From: a virus
Reading direction: 5' to 3' (one strand)
Length of the DNA stretch: 64,000 nt
IMG/VR virus record: IMGVR_UViG_3300035698_010959
Positions 38,201-46,575 of the stretch are shown in pieces. A program made the translations under genes and the position numbers. Position 1 is the first letter of the stretch. Each line of letters starts with the position of its first letter. The notes beneath the pieces were generated by a model. That model did not search any database, was not told the origin of the DNA, and saw nothing but the letters and a program-made list of their open reading frames with translations.

Positions 38201-41020
38201 TTGCCATTCGGAGTTTGCCAGTTGGTAAGGATCTGGCATAAAGTAAGATACTCTATCTCCATAAAATGCCGATCTTGAGCCAAATAACCAGAACCTTCCT
38301 TTTCGTATAGGAACATAGCCACTATCTAATTGCTTTGCCATGTCTGCTTTGTTTAATCCAGACATGTAGTATTTAGATCCTGGATGTAGTTCTGCGAATT
38401 TTTCCCAATCGTTAAGACCAGCCCACTGTAGTTTAAGGTTGGCTCTTATGTTTGCTATGCCCTCTTCTGGCCGTGCTCCTATTAAGTTTTCACTTTCATA
38501 GTTTATATATTTCCATGCTTCAACTGCTGCTACACCAGGTAGTATTCGTTGAACAACTAATCCACGTATTATGTCTGCTCCACTTCCAAGGTTCTCTGGA
38601 TTTAATCCTAATCCAAATGGAGTTAGTGCTTCATTTAATCGTGTAGCAAAGAAGTAAGGTTTTAGACTGGTTCGTGTTATACTTCCAGAATCTGCACCTT
38701 GTACAAATGTACTTGCGTATTGTTTTGTAAAATCTGATCCAGCAAATTGCTTTATCATGTCCTGGAATGATCCACCAGATTTGGTAATATCATTAAGTGT
38801 TTTAATTAGTCCAGCATGTTGTTTTACTAATAGGCGTTGTGGGCCTTCATATACTTGAGGAGGAGTATGTATATCAAGAAGACCTAAGAAGTTATTCATT
38901 ACATATTCTGAGGTTTCTTTTATTGAGGATGACTCTACTTTTTTAGTTAATAGATCTCTGGCTGCCTCTGCTCCTTGTACTTCTAATACGCTTCTTATTT
39001 GAGAACCATAGACTGCTGCTTTTGCTAATTCTAATTCTTGTTCTTCTAAGCCAAATCTTGCTTGTGTAAGTTTTGTTATAAGAGGCGTAGTTATACCTAA
39101 CTCTGTTGGATTTGCATATCGTATGGCATATTCATCTATGAGAGCTTCTCTCATCAGGTCTATGCCGTGTTTAGATTCTGGAGCACCAAGAAGCCTATCC
39201 ATAAGCGGTGATTTGCTTGTTACTCTTTGTGTTCTATCAAGAACTTCATTTGGACTTACACTAAAGTCCTCTAATAATATTGATAGTTTTTTAGAAGAAG
39301 CCTTTAGGCCATATGACCTATTCTGTTGGAAGAATTTTACTATATCAGCATCATTCTCTATGTTCTGTAAAACACTCGCAACCTCTGGAGCATTAGGAAA
39401 CATTCCTGTTTGAAGTGTTTTTCTTACATTCTGTGGAGATATTTTTCCTACTTTTTGTAAGAGAGTAGCTACTGTTCTTATGTCTTTTTCCATTGTAGCA
39501 GCAGGCGCTGTTGGATTCTTATATATTCGTTCTAGTGCTCCTGCTGGATAGCTTTTAGCTATTCTTGCTAGTTCTGAGTTTTCTGGAAACTTAGAAGGAT
39601 CCGCAAACTTAGTAAAGATAGATCTTGCTTGTCTAAATACAGAGTCTGTTGGTTGTCTTCCTGTAGAAAAGAAATTTTGTAACTTCTCTATAATTGTATT
39701 TCCACCTGTACCAAATCCAGCTAGATCTAATAATTTTCCTGATCCACTTCGAGTAATTCTATCTTTTTTTGCTGCTTTACTGGCTAATAGGTTACGCATT
39801 AAATGCTCACCAAGGCCATAGTCAGCATGTAGTGCGGTTATATTGTCTACAGCATCTGATATTACATTATCTATAGCTAGTGAGTCACCAAAGCGCATTC
39901 CAACAGCAGTATTACCTACTAAAGATATGTCTTGGTTTCCTGAGAATAGTCCTTTTATTAGTGCTTGTTTACCAAGAGTGTTACTTTTTATAAGAGTATG
40001 TCCAAGTTTAACTTCACCTGTTAACCAAGGAAATAATCTAAATGGGCTGAATCCTCCAACAAAAGGTATAAGTGGTATTTCTACGTTTTCATTTAACCAA
40101 CTTATACCTTTTCCTATTAACTTAGATGCTCCTCTAAGATCTGTTACTTGTTTTCCATTAACTGTCCATAGTTCTCCAAGAACTGCTTTGTTTATTACAT
40201 CTGTATCAGCTTGTTTTCCTAGAGTGTGTGCTAAGGTTTTACTTGTTTTTTCTGCTTGCTCTATAACTTCGGCTGTAAAATTAGCTCTATTAGTTAAAAC
40301 ATTACCTACTGTAACGCGCTTAGCACCAAATACTTTTTCTGCTATTGCGTCTGTCCAACTACTATGTTGCCCTAAAGCAATGTTTGTATATTTTTCTGAA
40401 GATGCTGTTCTTTTTGTTAGAGCACGTGCTAGTAGTCTTTGATGTTCTTCTTTTGCTCTTGCTACTTGAGCTTGTAATGAAGATGCTCTTGGATCAGTTG
40501 GAAGTCCAAATGAGTTGTCAAATAGATGATCATTTGAAAGTCTTTTTCTAGCCGCTAGAAGATCTGCGGATATTTCATCTACACCTTTTCCTGTGCCTTC
40601 AAATGATGATCTAAGCCCAGAATAGGTATCATCCATCAGGTTTTTTGGAAGAGGATCACCAGGAGATATCCATGTTTTTATTCTACTATATGGAGCAACT
40701 CCACCCTCATATCCAAATAGATTATCTACTTGTGGGTTAACCCAACCAGCATCTCCAAGATATCCTCGTAATCGTTGTTCTCCTACTTGCATTCGTGCTC
40801 TACTTGGTATTGTTTCATTTATAGCACGACCTACATCATCTGCAAAACGTGTTAGAGCAAACCTTGCTTCTGTTCTTTCTGCTGTTGCTAGACGAGCAGC
40901 TATAGTCTCTGCACCACGTAGTGCAAAGGCTGCTATTTTCTTTCTACCAAGTATTGCAGCAGTAGCTGCACCTACTCCAAGTATTTTCCATCTTGTATTT
41001 TGGTTTTCGTATGTATTCAT
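32210..41020 (-). CDS. Tape-measure-like giant protein with two inteins, a PD-(D/E)XK nuclease domain and an SNase-like domain
   Basis: Follows the tube and chaperone genes; helical with Gly/Ala hydrophobic segments. Nuclease motifs GTQIH, SGHMD, TEIKS, QLNFY. SNase-like VSNIMDANTL...LRLAGV. Spliced length 2081 aa. Confidence 0.8.
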   Translation of the reverse strand: MNTYENQNTRWKILGVGAATAAILGRKKIAAFALRGAETIAARLATAERTEARFALTRFADDVGRAINETIPSRARMQVGEQRLRGYLGDAGWVNPQVDNLFGYEGGVAPYSRIKTWISPGDPLPKNLMDDTYSGLRSSFEGTGKGVDEISADLLAARKRLSNDHLFDNSFGLPTDPRASSLQAQVARAKEEHQRLLARALTKRTASSEKYTNIALGQHSSWTDAIAEKVFGAKRVTVGNVLTNRANFTAEVIEQAEKTSKTLAHTLGKQADTDVINKAVLGELWTVNGKQVTDLRGASKLIGKGISWLNENVEIPLIPFVGGFSPFRLFPWLTGEVKLGHTLIKSNTLGKQALIKGLFSGNQDISLVGNTAVGMRFGDSLAIDNVISDAVDNITALHADYGLGEHLMRNLLASKAAKKDRITRSGSGKLLDLAGFGTGGNTIIEKLQNFFSTGRQPTDSVFRQARSIFTKFADPSKFPENSELARIAKSYPAGALERIYKNPTAPAATMEKDIRTVATLLQKVGKISPQNVRKTLQTGMFPNAPEVASVLQNIENDADIVKFFQQNRSYGLKASSKKLSILLEDFSVSPNEVLDRTQRVTSKSPLMDRLLGAPESKHGIDLMREALIDEYAIRYANPTELGITTPLITKLTQARFGLEEQELELAKAAVYGSQIRSVLEVQGAEAARDLLTKKVESSSIKETSEYVMNNFLGLLDIHTPPQVYEGPQRLLVKQHAGLIKTLNDITKSGGSFQDMIKQFAGSDFTKQYASTFVQGADSGSITRTSLKPYFFATRLNEALTPFGLGLNPENLGSGADIIRGLVVQRILPGVAAVEAWKYINYESENLIGARPEEGIANIRANLKLQWAGLNDWEKFAELHPGSKYYMSGLNKADMAKQLDSGYVPIRKGRFWLFGSRSAFYGDRVSYFMPDPYQLANSEWQGAENVDYNNKDYWSRSAIPTPRYPLSTINRLLDPYAFEHKHSVGPNPDRPYIFSGEPFTRETLWGPILNATIGKIIKPRRVLHPDYLPENLEETQSKKQLRALNEATKHEAKAGGGKWNQPIRGGKGSETLADYSASPMILTEGSLATLTSAGQVALSELPPGMSDPWSKRTIGGARRVIRKQLEKINRELKSQGSSNIPARLQDIYGQEKAFTAEQLEDVDYIGNAELGSYLTREMMGLYGWMAGIPLGDRTGTVMADASRAYSYERKYWEAELGGLGGFLCLTPNMLLQQDFGTPIEVKDITTGTTLLSRYGIPQEVLAVHSRHINEDIRCIETYCGGFPLSATSEHPVFAISTEYCEHKDGRKKNSSCIPHCNKFQSCEFNYHQHYTPEWIAAKYIKKGDYIAYPIPKQSNILTKLNIVTTIGLSSITDFDNRFAFDNCKNAAVSFPKELLLTKDLGKFLGLWLAEGSFGNRDKGRLYEIHFAYDRDEESYATFCKDFANSLGLNTTAATTKEGYWYTRVCNRVLAEFIFAAFGAKNDKRIPSELLNTPKEFLLGILEGLFRGDGHCRSDRTNKTDLRISIVAYKLALQIFNILIMLGYTPSLSIKNRKRRFFINDITKKRYKTKPQFCVTLNGNDARNLRDQLGLLHFGNYQPDNSNNEGLSWRDANFIYFKVKENYPTAYEGLVYDFTMDGDPSFCTIGMIVHNSEIGRRFMPHRFRQVEEYNTVPNAFEETWLPGSNYFTNFQTGDMYTKLRAAGEVRLPGSAYERIHNMPLMRTRASSLGKSVNELVAEMVNIKEANSAYMENIMDEGTQIHKKYQNKWKKLGILEDEEVELYNPELGISGHMDALLNLDGKKYVTEIKSMSDKRFNSGEIFASHLDQLNFYMNESGIHRGLLFYMNRDNPEQTRIEHVGYSKRRVSNLFQKVEEARSKVREMIDSGEVSRADLYDMTTRFEILADTCVHPLTYIRTSDGSVKLAKDVKVGDRVISHKGDSKAVTRCAIRHYSPHLIKLNVAFIPAHPLLATPEHPIYTIKAPSNAKNIPQYNANNDNIISDENEFNRYCYPIDTADWVALGDIRSNDVVLYPIPKKETPPNFLNIKDILPDSYTLREDTWLHPKRQGCNTFCISQLLVDARFAKAAGVYLAEGSSNGRSTKTHQPKGLIFSLNINEIETANFLKDYFADICETTPKIFTKPESNSRYVCVTNQTIGKLFCNIFGQRSATKQLPQWAFNLDSELQRQLLSSYFAGDGCLCASKHNDCKTGHQLQAEMTTISLKLALGIRDMLLQNGFVASVQFTTRKSYFPKQDRRQIYRVRMFGTVAYDFVTWVTGKAPSYVRPENRRRQAWIDGNYLVSKVIKTEKQPYSGEVYNWTIEDDNSFCVLGYATHNSPYSQEYKQLKGYLPHDDQLTEDQRDRFQAAKKRAGAQKKRLDLFPYRFKNANVEEQTYTVSNIMDANTLQVRESEHPLRLAGVRASNQRITDEYGENENLSPAEVLYRQYGIRKGTKVTALVNKDPEDRYADDVLGTQHAVVMAHNRNINADLIQTGVGIEKEEWSAAGIYARFTEKEITAGARYETISHADTMLNSKFLKIRSPYEEYVRSQVYGKKYGRWESAYSSYIEPTIQSYVAKGAIGAAVGAGVFSSLFMRTKKMRGKAALAGAAIGAGLSILRQGQEALTGEPWIPNRTQKRRDVEEYYDTLEYIKYRRLYEATAKLANDEEGTDVEEIDDRARNLGQWRKEKIRELEDKRRKHLLANERGSKEELAIRAEIQELQSRSETVALGPLATQAVLYQQKYRSTMYGADPGGPYMNIFRALPKYEREIINGLITGSTPEERKKAYRLLPDYEQRLLGIHLGIEEEDIPKRKLLGDYFKVHTLPGESWKGWSPEVDLEQLKARTTVQEHTDPLDYGFYPQVVVEAEHNTNEVQLPTVHGSSSHIQKTLNNLLSGNGIKNLRIRVNSVPDANASSDNINIAMNVRQNRMKEIAETLNLYG
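34025..35308 (-). mobile_element. Intein 2 (428 aa) with LAGLIDADG endonuclease in the tape-measure-like gene
   Basis: ILADT/CVHPLTYI; LLATPEHP; AGVYLAEG; LSSYFAGDG; VYNWTIEDDNSF....ATHN/SPYS. Confidence 0.93.
36074..37354 (-). mobile_element. Intein 1 (427 aa) with LAGLIDADG endonuclease in the tape-measure-like gene
   Basis: GGLGGFL/CLTPNMLL; LSATSEHP; LGLWLAEG; LEGLFRGDG; VYDFTM....SF....IVHN/SEIGRR. Confidence 0.93.
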
Positions 41021-41035
41021 ATAAGGTGTAGAAGT

Positions 41036-41075
41036 AAAAAAGGAACCCTCTATCTTTTAAAGCTGAAGGTTCCTT
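41036..41075 (-). terminator. Intrinsic terminator-like hairpin before the tape-measure-like gene
   Basis: Minus strand AAGGAACCTTC-N14-GAGGGTTCCTT followed by TTTT; overlaps the chaperone stop codon. Confidence 0.7.
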
Positions 41076-41673
41076 CTGTTTCAATGTGAGATGCTGCCTT
41101 GTTAATACCGTGTTCTTGAGGCTGCAGTGAGGATGGATTATTTATATTTGTTTGCTGTTGTGGTATTTGTGGCTTTTCAGTTTGTACTTTTGTATCTTCT
41201 GATGTATCTAAAAACCCAGACGTATCTATGCCATAAAGTCCTGCTGCTATTAATTGCGATTTTGCAGCTAATTTGTGCCATCGTTTTGGAGACATATTAT
41301 CTAACTCAATATCTGTAATAGTTGGATGACAGAATGTTATAAGAGCATCAAATCGGGAGTCTTGTGTTTTTACCCAATTTGCTGCTTCTTGCTCTAGTGC
41401 TCTTACAGAATCTTCTGATAAGAAACCACTAGCATTTAGTATAGCTTGTGCTAACATAGAGGGTATACCAGCAAGACATTCATCCCATCCAGCAAATGTA
41501 TCTGGTATGGATATGGTACATTGTTTACATATTAGATCTTCGAACTCAACAGAATTACCAGCTGCTTGGTTTTGAGCCCGTCGTAGTTCTCCTCTACTGA
41601 TTAATCTATATGAGAAGACTTCATCCAATATAGTTATTGTATAGATATCTTCATATTCATTTAGATCTAACAT
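41050..41673 (-). CDS. Tail assembly chaperone-like protein 2
   Basis: FSYRLISRGE...AGIPSMLAQAILNASGF matches the repeat unit of the upstream gene; lies between tube and tape-measure genes. Confidence 0.65.
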   Translation of the reverse strand: MLDLNEYEDIYTITILDEVFSYRLISRGELRRAQNQAAGNSVEFEDLICKQCTISIPDTFAGWDECLAGIPSMLAQAILNASGFLSEDSVRALEQEAANWVKTQDSRFDALITFCHPTITDIELDNMSPKRWHKLAAKSQLIAAGLYGIDTSGFLDTSEDTKVQTEKPQIPQQQTNINNPSSLQPQEHGINKAASHIETEGTFSFKR

Positions 41674-41682
41674 GACTATGTT

Positions 41683-42375
41683 TTACAGTTTTTCTACATC
41701 TGGTTGGGCTGTATATCCAGATATGCTAAGAACAAATTCTGTAATTGTTTCACATAGTCCGGCTGGTTCTTTATTCCAATCTATTTTTTTAGGCCATATT
41801 ACGGCTCTGTCTGCTACTAATAAGTTTCTAAGTTCTTGGTCATTACTTTCTTGAGATTTTGTAACAGCAGCTCTCCATTCTTGTCGTGTTATTGGTCTTA
41901 CCATAAAAGTAAAACTATCTAATTTTAGTGACCATAAATCTAAAGGACATTCTTTTTTTAATTTTTCTATTTCTTCTGGAGTTGGGTCTGGTCTTGGTGC
42001 TGCTTTAGCAACTGAATCTATTTGTACAGACATTGCATCTGGAAGTTCTGGTACAACAAATCCACTTTTACCACGTATATACATAGATAGAGTAGATGGA
42101 ATTCCTGCAGGTAGTACTGACCATCCACCTTTACCAAAGTCTGGTCTTGGACCAATAAGCCCACAGTCTACTACCTTATCATCAAAGTCTGCTTGTGATA
42201 GATTTGGATTATCATTTACTAAACGTACAACTGTATCCCAGTCATCTTTATATAGAGGCCGTATAATAAAGTCTGTATCTGCTACACCTACTTTATATAT
42301 ATCTCCATATTGTTTTTTTAGTTCATCTATGTTTGGCTGACTGTAATCGAATTCTGATAATGCTTCGTGATTCAT
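41683..42375 (-). CDS. Tail assembly chaperone-like protein 1 (two-repeat)
   Basis: ELKKQYGDIY...FIIRPL...AGIPSTL...KSGF and KLKKECPLDL...FMVRPI...AGLCETI...ISGY. Confidence 0.65.
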   Translation of the reverse strand: MNHEALSEFDYSQPNIDELKKQYGDIYKVGVADTDFIIRPLYKDDWDTVVRLVNDNPNLSQADFDDKVVDCGLIGPRPDFGKGGWSVLPAGIPSTLSMYIRGKSGFVVPELPDAMSVQIDSVAKAAPRPDPTPEEIEKLKKECPLDLWSLKLDSFTFMVRPITRQEWRAAVTKSQESNDQELRNLLVADRAVIWPKKIDWNKEPAGLCETITEFVLSISGYTAQPDVEKL

Positions 42376-42388
42376 GTTGAGTTCCTCC

Positions 42389-43234
42389 CTAAGCGACTGT
42401 AGAAGCTATAAAACTATAAACTTCTAATATATTTTTTCCTGAATCGTCTATTGATTTTGCCACACTTGTTATGTGACAATTTTGTAAAGTTTCTAATGTT
42501 CCCCATCTTGGAAATCTACTTCCTTGGGCGTATGAGTCATTATCTACATTTTCTTCTGGTTGTCCATACTTTACTACTATTTCAAATCCATCTTCTGTTG
42601 TGTAAAATTTTGGTCTGGTTTTAAATGAAGCTGATCGAGCTTGAGATGCTCCAGACTTTATTTTATATGCGTTTGATAACTCAGTATCTTCCCCCCAGAA
42701 CGCACTGTCAAGCGCATCCATAAGTTCACTCCATAGTCCACCTTCTTCTCTATTCTTTGTAGAAGAATTCACAAAGTCCTCCATACTAAAGTCTCCTTTA
42801 AGAGCGAGTCTTTTCATTTCTAATACAGAAGCATCAGTTTCTTCTTTTGCTTCTTTTGTTAGTGCTTCTAGTTTTTTATCTATTGTTTCTGGACTTGCTA
42901 AATAATCTAATAACTTTGGTATATAGTAAGCTTCTTTAAAGTTTATAGTAAAAGACCCTTGTACAATTCGTGCTCCGTGCGTTACAGACCTATATGTGTA
43001 ATCAGCATATCCCATATTTGGTCGTGTTTGTTCAGCTTCTTGGAATGTAAGTTGTATTATTTCATCCATATAAATGTTACTAAAGTAACAGCTCATATCT
43101 AATCCTGAATAGTAATTAGAGTTAAAAGAGCGCTGTAATATCCAGTCAGGTGTATCCTTACGAGTTTCTCCAGTTCTATAGGTAACTCCAGGCATTGTTC
43201 TATTACTATTAGATGGTAATTTAAATAATCTCAT
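42389..43234 (-). CDS. Tail tube paralog (tube initiator-like)
   Basis: YYSGLDM...GARIVQGSFTINF...YSFIA matches the tube pattern. Confidence 0.65.
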   Translation of the reverse strand: MRLFKLPSNSNRTMPGVTYRTGETRKDTPDWILQRSFNSNYYSGLDMSCYFSNIYMDEIIQLTFQEAEQTRPNMGYADYTYRSVTHGARIVQGSFTINFKEAYYIPKLLDYLASPETIDKKLEALTKEAKEETDASVLEMKRLALKGDFSMEDFVNSSTKNREEGGLWSELMDALDSAFWGEDTELSNAYKIKSGASQARSASFKTRPKFYTTEDGFEIVVKYGQPEENVDNDSYAQGSRFPRWGTLETLQNCHITSVAKSIDDSGKNILEVYSFIASTVA

Positions 43235-43243
43235 ATTTTCCTA

Positions 43244-43921
43244 CTAGAATGTTGGTCCAACTATATGTATTCCGGTTTGATTTATGTGCAGTAGCGTGTC
43301 ATCAAACACAGTAGAAGTATCATATTGTGTTTTTGAAAATGCGTTATCATCCTCTGTATAGTTGCTTTCTCTACTAACATATTCAGAACCATCATTGCTA
43401 TTTTTGCTTGTTATATATGCTGGTTGTAATGGAGTTCGTGATATAGCCATGTATGAATAACTTTCCATTAGGGCTATGTTGTCTAAACTATAGGTTATAC
43501 CTTCATCTAGTATTGTTATGCCTTCTATTGTTGAGTAACTTGCGTTTCCAATTTCATTTACAAATGTTATAATTACGTCAAATCCTGGAAACTCATCTGC
43601 TAATACAACATCTGGAGTCTTCCACATTTTTCTTGCATTATCTGTTATTTTGGTAAAGGCTTCTCTGTCAATTGTATTAAATGCAAGTGTACCACCAATC
43701 AAACGGTGACCAGCGGTAAATCCTTTTGGCCCTATTCGTGAACAAGATGTGACAGGAAATTTATCTCTGTGTGAACTTACTGACAACATTGCTAATGTTC
43801 CAAGAAGCATTGGTTTTAATATGCCATATGCTGGTTGTGGTTGTATTGTTGCAATAATATCACAAGCAGAAAAAGCACGAGTTGTATCGTATATAGGATT
43901 AGTAGTTGGTTGTTGTGACAT
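43244..43921 (-). CDS. Tail tube paralog
   Basis: RAFSACDI...GTL...GHRLIGGTLAFNTIDR...DEFPGFDV...NEIG...IEGITILDEG, clearly similar to 44079..44813. Confidence 0.7.
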   Translation of the reverse strand: MSQQPTTNPIYDTTRAFSACDIIATIQPQPAYGILKPMLLGTLAMLSVSSHRDKFPVTSCSRIGPKGFTAGHRLIGGTLAFNTIDREAFTKITDNARKMWKTPDVVLADEFPGFDVIITFVNEIGNASYSTIEGITILDEGITYSLDNIALMESYSYMAISRTPLQPAYITSKNSNDGSEYVSRESNYTEDDNAFSKTQYDTSTVFDDTLLHINQTGIHIVGPTF

Positions 43922-44000
43922 GATGATGTGTTTTAGCTTATGTGCTCTTTCCTATTATACATTATAGTAAATATCTATAAATTTTTATAGTTTATAGAGG

Positions 44001-44036
44001 AAAAAAGAAGAGGCCGGTGTGTTATGCCGACCTCTT
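44001..44036 (-). terminator. Intrinsic terminator after the tail tube gene
   Basis: AAGAGGTCGG-N9-CCGGCCTCTT followed by CTTTTTT. Confidence 0.85.
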
Positions 44037-44078
44037 ATAAATATGTCTACTAGAGAGAGGTCGTTGTAGTGAGTTCCT

Positions 44079-44813
44079 TTAAGTTGTACCGTACTTAGAG
44101 TTAAACTGTACAGGAGACTCAATAGCAGTTAGAGGTATAACCGTTCGTGCTATAAAGGTATATGCAATTTCTGAACTTAAATCATCCATAGTATATCCAC
44201 TTCCTTCATTTAGAAGAGTAATACCATTGATGGTTGCCCATGCTGCATCTCCATTTTCGTTTACCATTGTAAGACAGATATCAAACTCAGGTATTTCATC
44301 AGAGTATCTTACTACTCTATTTCTTACCATATTATAGACTTCTGCAACTTCTCTTTGCACATTAGTAAGAGTTACATCATTACCATTTGCTCCAGGAAGA
44401 AGGTCTACTGTTGGGTTTCCATTTATTGCAAAGCGGTTATTTATATCGCTTATAGCATTTACTGAAGAGAATTGTGAATACTCAGTTTCACTTATGAGTC
44501 TTTCCATTTGCTCAATCTCTCCAAACCTTGTACCATACAGTGTTTTTCCTGTATCATCTGCAAAATGATCTCTTAACAGAGCATGTCTATCGAAGTTAGT
44601 AAATACTAACGTTCCAGCTATTCCGCGTTTTCCACGTACAACAGCACGTAAGTCACAGTTTCCCATTGTATATATAGGTAAAGCTTCTCTTGTAATGCTG
44701 ACAGTAACAGCCTGTAGTGTTCCACACTGCTTACCATTTATGTATGCAGTCATGTCACATCCAGAGAATGCTCTCATATTGAGTTTATTGTTTGCTAATA
44801 TTCGGTCTGCCAT
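44079..44813 (-). CDS. Major tail tube protein
   Basis: Directly after the sheath, strong AAGGAG RBS, followed by a terminator. RAFSGCDM...GKRGIAGTLVF...NEG.GYTMDD. Confidence 0.8.
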   Translation of the reverse strand: MADRILANNKLNMRAFSGCDMTAYINGKQCGTLQAVTVSITREALPIYTMGNCDLRAVVRGKRGIAGTLVFTNFDRHALLRDHFADDTGKTLYGTRFGEIEQMERLISETEYSQFSSVNAISDINNRFAINGNPTVDLLPGANGNDVTLTNVQREVAEVYNMVRNRVVRYSDEIPEFDICLTMVNENGDAAWATINGITLLNEGSGYTMDDLSSEIAYTFIARTVIPLTAIESPVQFNSKYGTT

Positions 44814-44825
44814 TTAATTAACTCC

Positions 44826-46547
44826 TTAAGCACCCGTTGGTGGAGCAAGTTCGACTGTTACGTTAATGCTCCGTATTTGTAGGGCTGGCCGTATAACTAG
44901 CTCTACTCTTACTCGACCTAGAACTGTATCTACAGCATTAGCAGTTACTGAGAAGCTGTATCCAATGTTTTCTCCACCAGCTATAGCTCTGCTTTCTGCT
45001 ATTGCATCTAACTCTATTCGTATTGCATTTCGGAACGCTTGTCTTGTTCCAAAGTGGTTTGGTTCTCCTATGAATCCTAAACCTATGTTTCTTATTCTTT
45101 CAATTACAGCATCAACTATTCGCATAATCTGAGCATGCTTATAGTCACTTCTACGTACTGCTGCTGTGTTATCAAGGTTTACAACTAATCGTCCATCACT
45201 GGCTCTTCGTAGTGCAACATATGCTCCACCATAACCATTTAGATCGTCAGTTGTATTGTAGGCTTGTCCACCGGCTAGTTGGTTTACTTGCTTATTTGTA
45301 AACTCATAAGTAACTCCTTCAAGTCCAGGTAGTGATTTGTTTGTTGTTGCACTTTGAGGCTGTAGTGTGCTCATGTATCCAGCAAAAACTCCAGCTGGGC
45401 TATCTATGTATGCTCCTAGTTGTTTTTGTGATAGTATAACATCAGGTCCAGCTATTACTTGCATATATCTTCCTGTGTCTACAGTTACTCCGGTACGAGG
45501 ATCACTTGCTGTAAACTGGGAAGCACCTTGTTGTGCTGCATTCATTATATATCCCATTTTTAGGATATTTCTATTTGCATCTGCCATAGCTGCTGTACTT
45601 GTTATACAGTTAGTTACATGAGTTGCTATATCTGATCTTGCTACGTTAAGTAATGGATTTAATCCAATAACTCCTATTTTTGGGAATCCATTTATTGCTG
45701 CTAAGAATAAAGCACTTGCTAATTGTGTAGCAATTGATGAGTTACCAGAATCATCTCCAGATAGGTCATCATCTGCATAGATACCTGAGAGATATACTAT
45801 ATCTGCTGCTGTATCTTCTAATTCGCTAAATGCTCCACTTGTTGGATTAGCTATTGCAGTTGCATAATCTGTTACTGCAGTTAGCCCATCTCCAACACAA
45901 GCGTTTGTTCCTCCTGATAGGAAGAATGTGGAATTTAATGTAGCAGTTGGAGGATTTTCTGTATATGAACTTGTAGAGTTTGCTAATACCCTTATTGTTC
46001 TATTTCTTAGGTCATTATTTACTTCTGTCATTAACTGTGCAATAGTTTTTCCAGTAAGAGTATATGTAAGTGAATCTCCCTTTGCAAGTAAAGTTTGATC
46101 TATTATCATTGTGCCATTAGCTGAAGTAAAAGCTGCACTTATTCCATTATATATACGACCTGGATAAATAGATCGTAATGTCATAGTTGTTCCATCTAAT
46201 ATAGAGTCTGCAGAATTTGCACATTCTCCACCAACCCTCATTAGTAGAATGTCAGCACACCCTCCTAGAGCTACTTCATACATTCCTTTTATTAGTGTGT
46301 TGTTGTTGTAGTCTCCGCTTGTAGCGGTAGAAGTTGATGGTACTGAATAGTATTGATTGTATACAAGTGGCCCAAAAAGCGTTTCAGCATTACTAGCATT
46401 TACACGTACAGCTTGCCCAACTGGGCCGTCTAATGCAGTACCGATAACTAGTATAGTGTCGGTTAATGGGCCTCCCTCAACAATAGGAACCAGAAGACCA
46501 TTATCTTTGTAGTGAATAGACAGTCCTGGTATATTTGCATTTGGCAT
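44826..46547 (-). CDS. Tail sheath protein
   Basis: IPGLSI..KD, VIGTALDGP, LMRVGG; C-terminal IMRIVD...FIGEPN...VRVELVIRP...IRSINVTV; AAGGAG RBS. Confidence 0.88.
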   Translation of the reverse strand: MPNANIPGLSIHYKDNGLLVPIVEGGPLTDTILVIGTALDGPVGQAVRVNASNAETLFGPLVYNQYYSVPSTSTATSGDYNNNTLIKGMYEVALGGCADILLMRVGGECANSADSILDGTTMTLRSIYPGRIYNGISAAFTSANGTMIIDQTLLAKGDSLTYTLTGKTIAQLMTEVNNDLRNRTIRVLANSTSSYTENPPTATLNSTFFLSGGTNACVGDGLTAVTDYATAIANPTSGAFSELEDTAADIVYLSGIYADDDLSGDDSGNSSIATQLASALFLAAINGFPKIGVIGLNPLLNVARSDIATHVTNCITSTAAMADANRNILKMGYIMNAAQQGASQFTASDPRTGVTVDTGRYMQVIAGPDVILSQKQLGAYIDSPAGVFAGYMSTLQPQSATTNKSLPGLEGVTYEFTNKQVNQLAGGQAYNTTDDLNGYGGAYVALRRASDGRLVVNLDNTAAVRRSDYKHAQIMRIVDAVIERIRNIGLGFIGEPNHFGTRQAFRNAIRIELDAIAESRAIAGGENIGYSFSVTANAVDTVLGRVRVELVIRPALQIRSINVTVELAPPTGA

Positions 46548-46575
46548 TGATTTGTCTCCTTCGATGAAGATTAAT

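Noticed and set aside
41050-42375. Programmed frameshift between the tail chaperones
   Set aside because: The two ORFs are in the same frame, separated by TAA plus 9 nt, with no canonical slippery heptamer at the junction.
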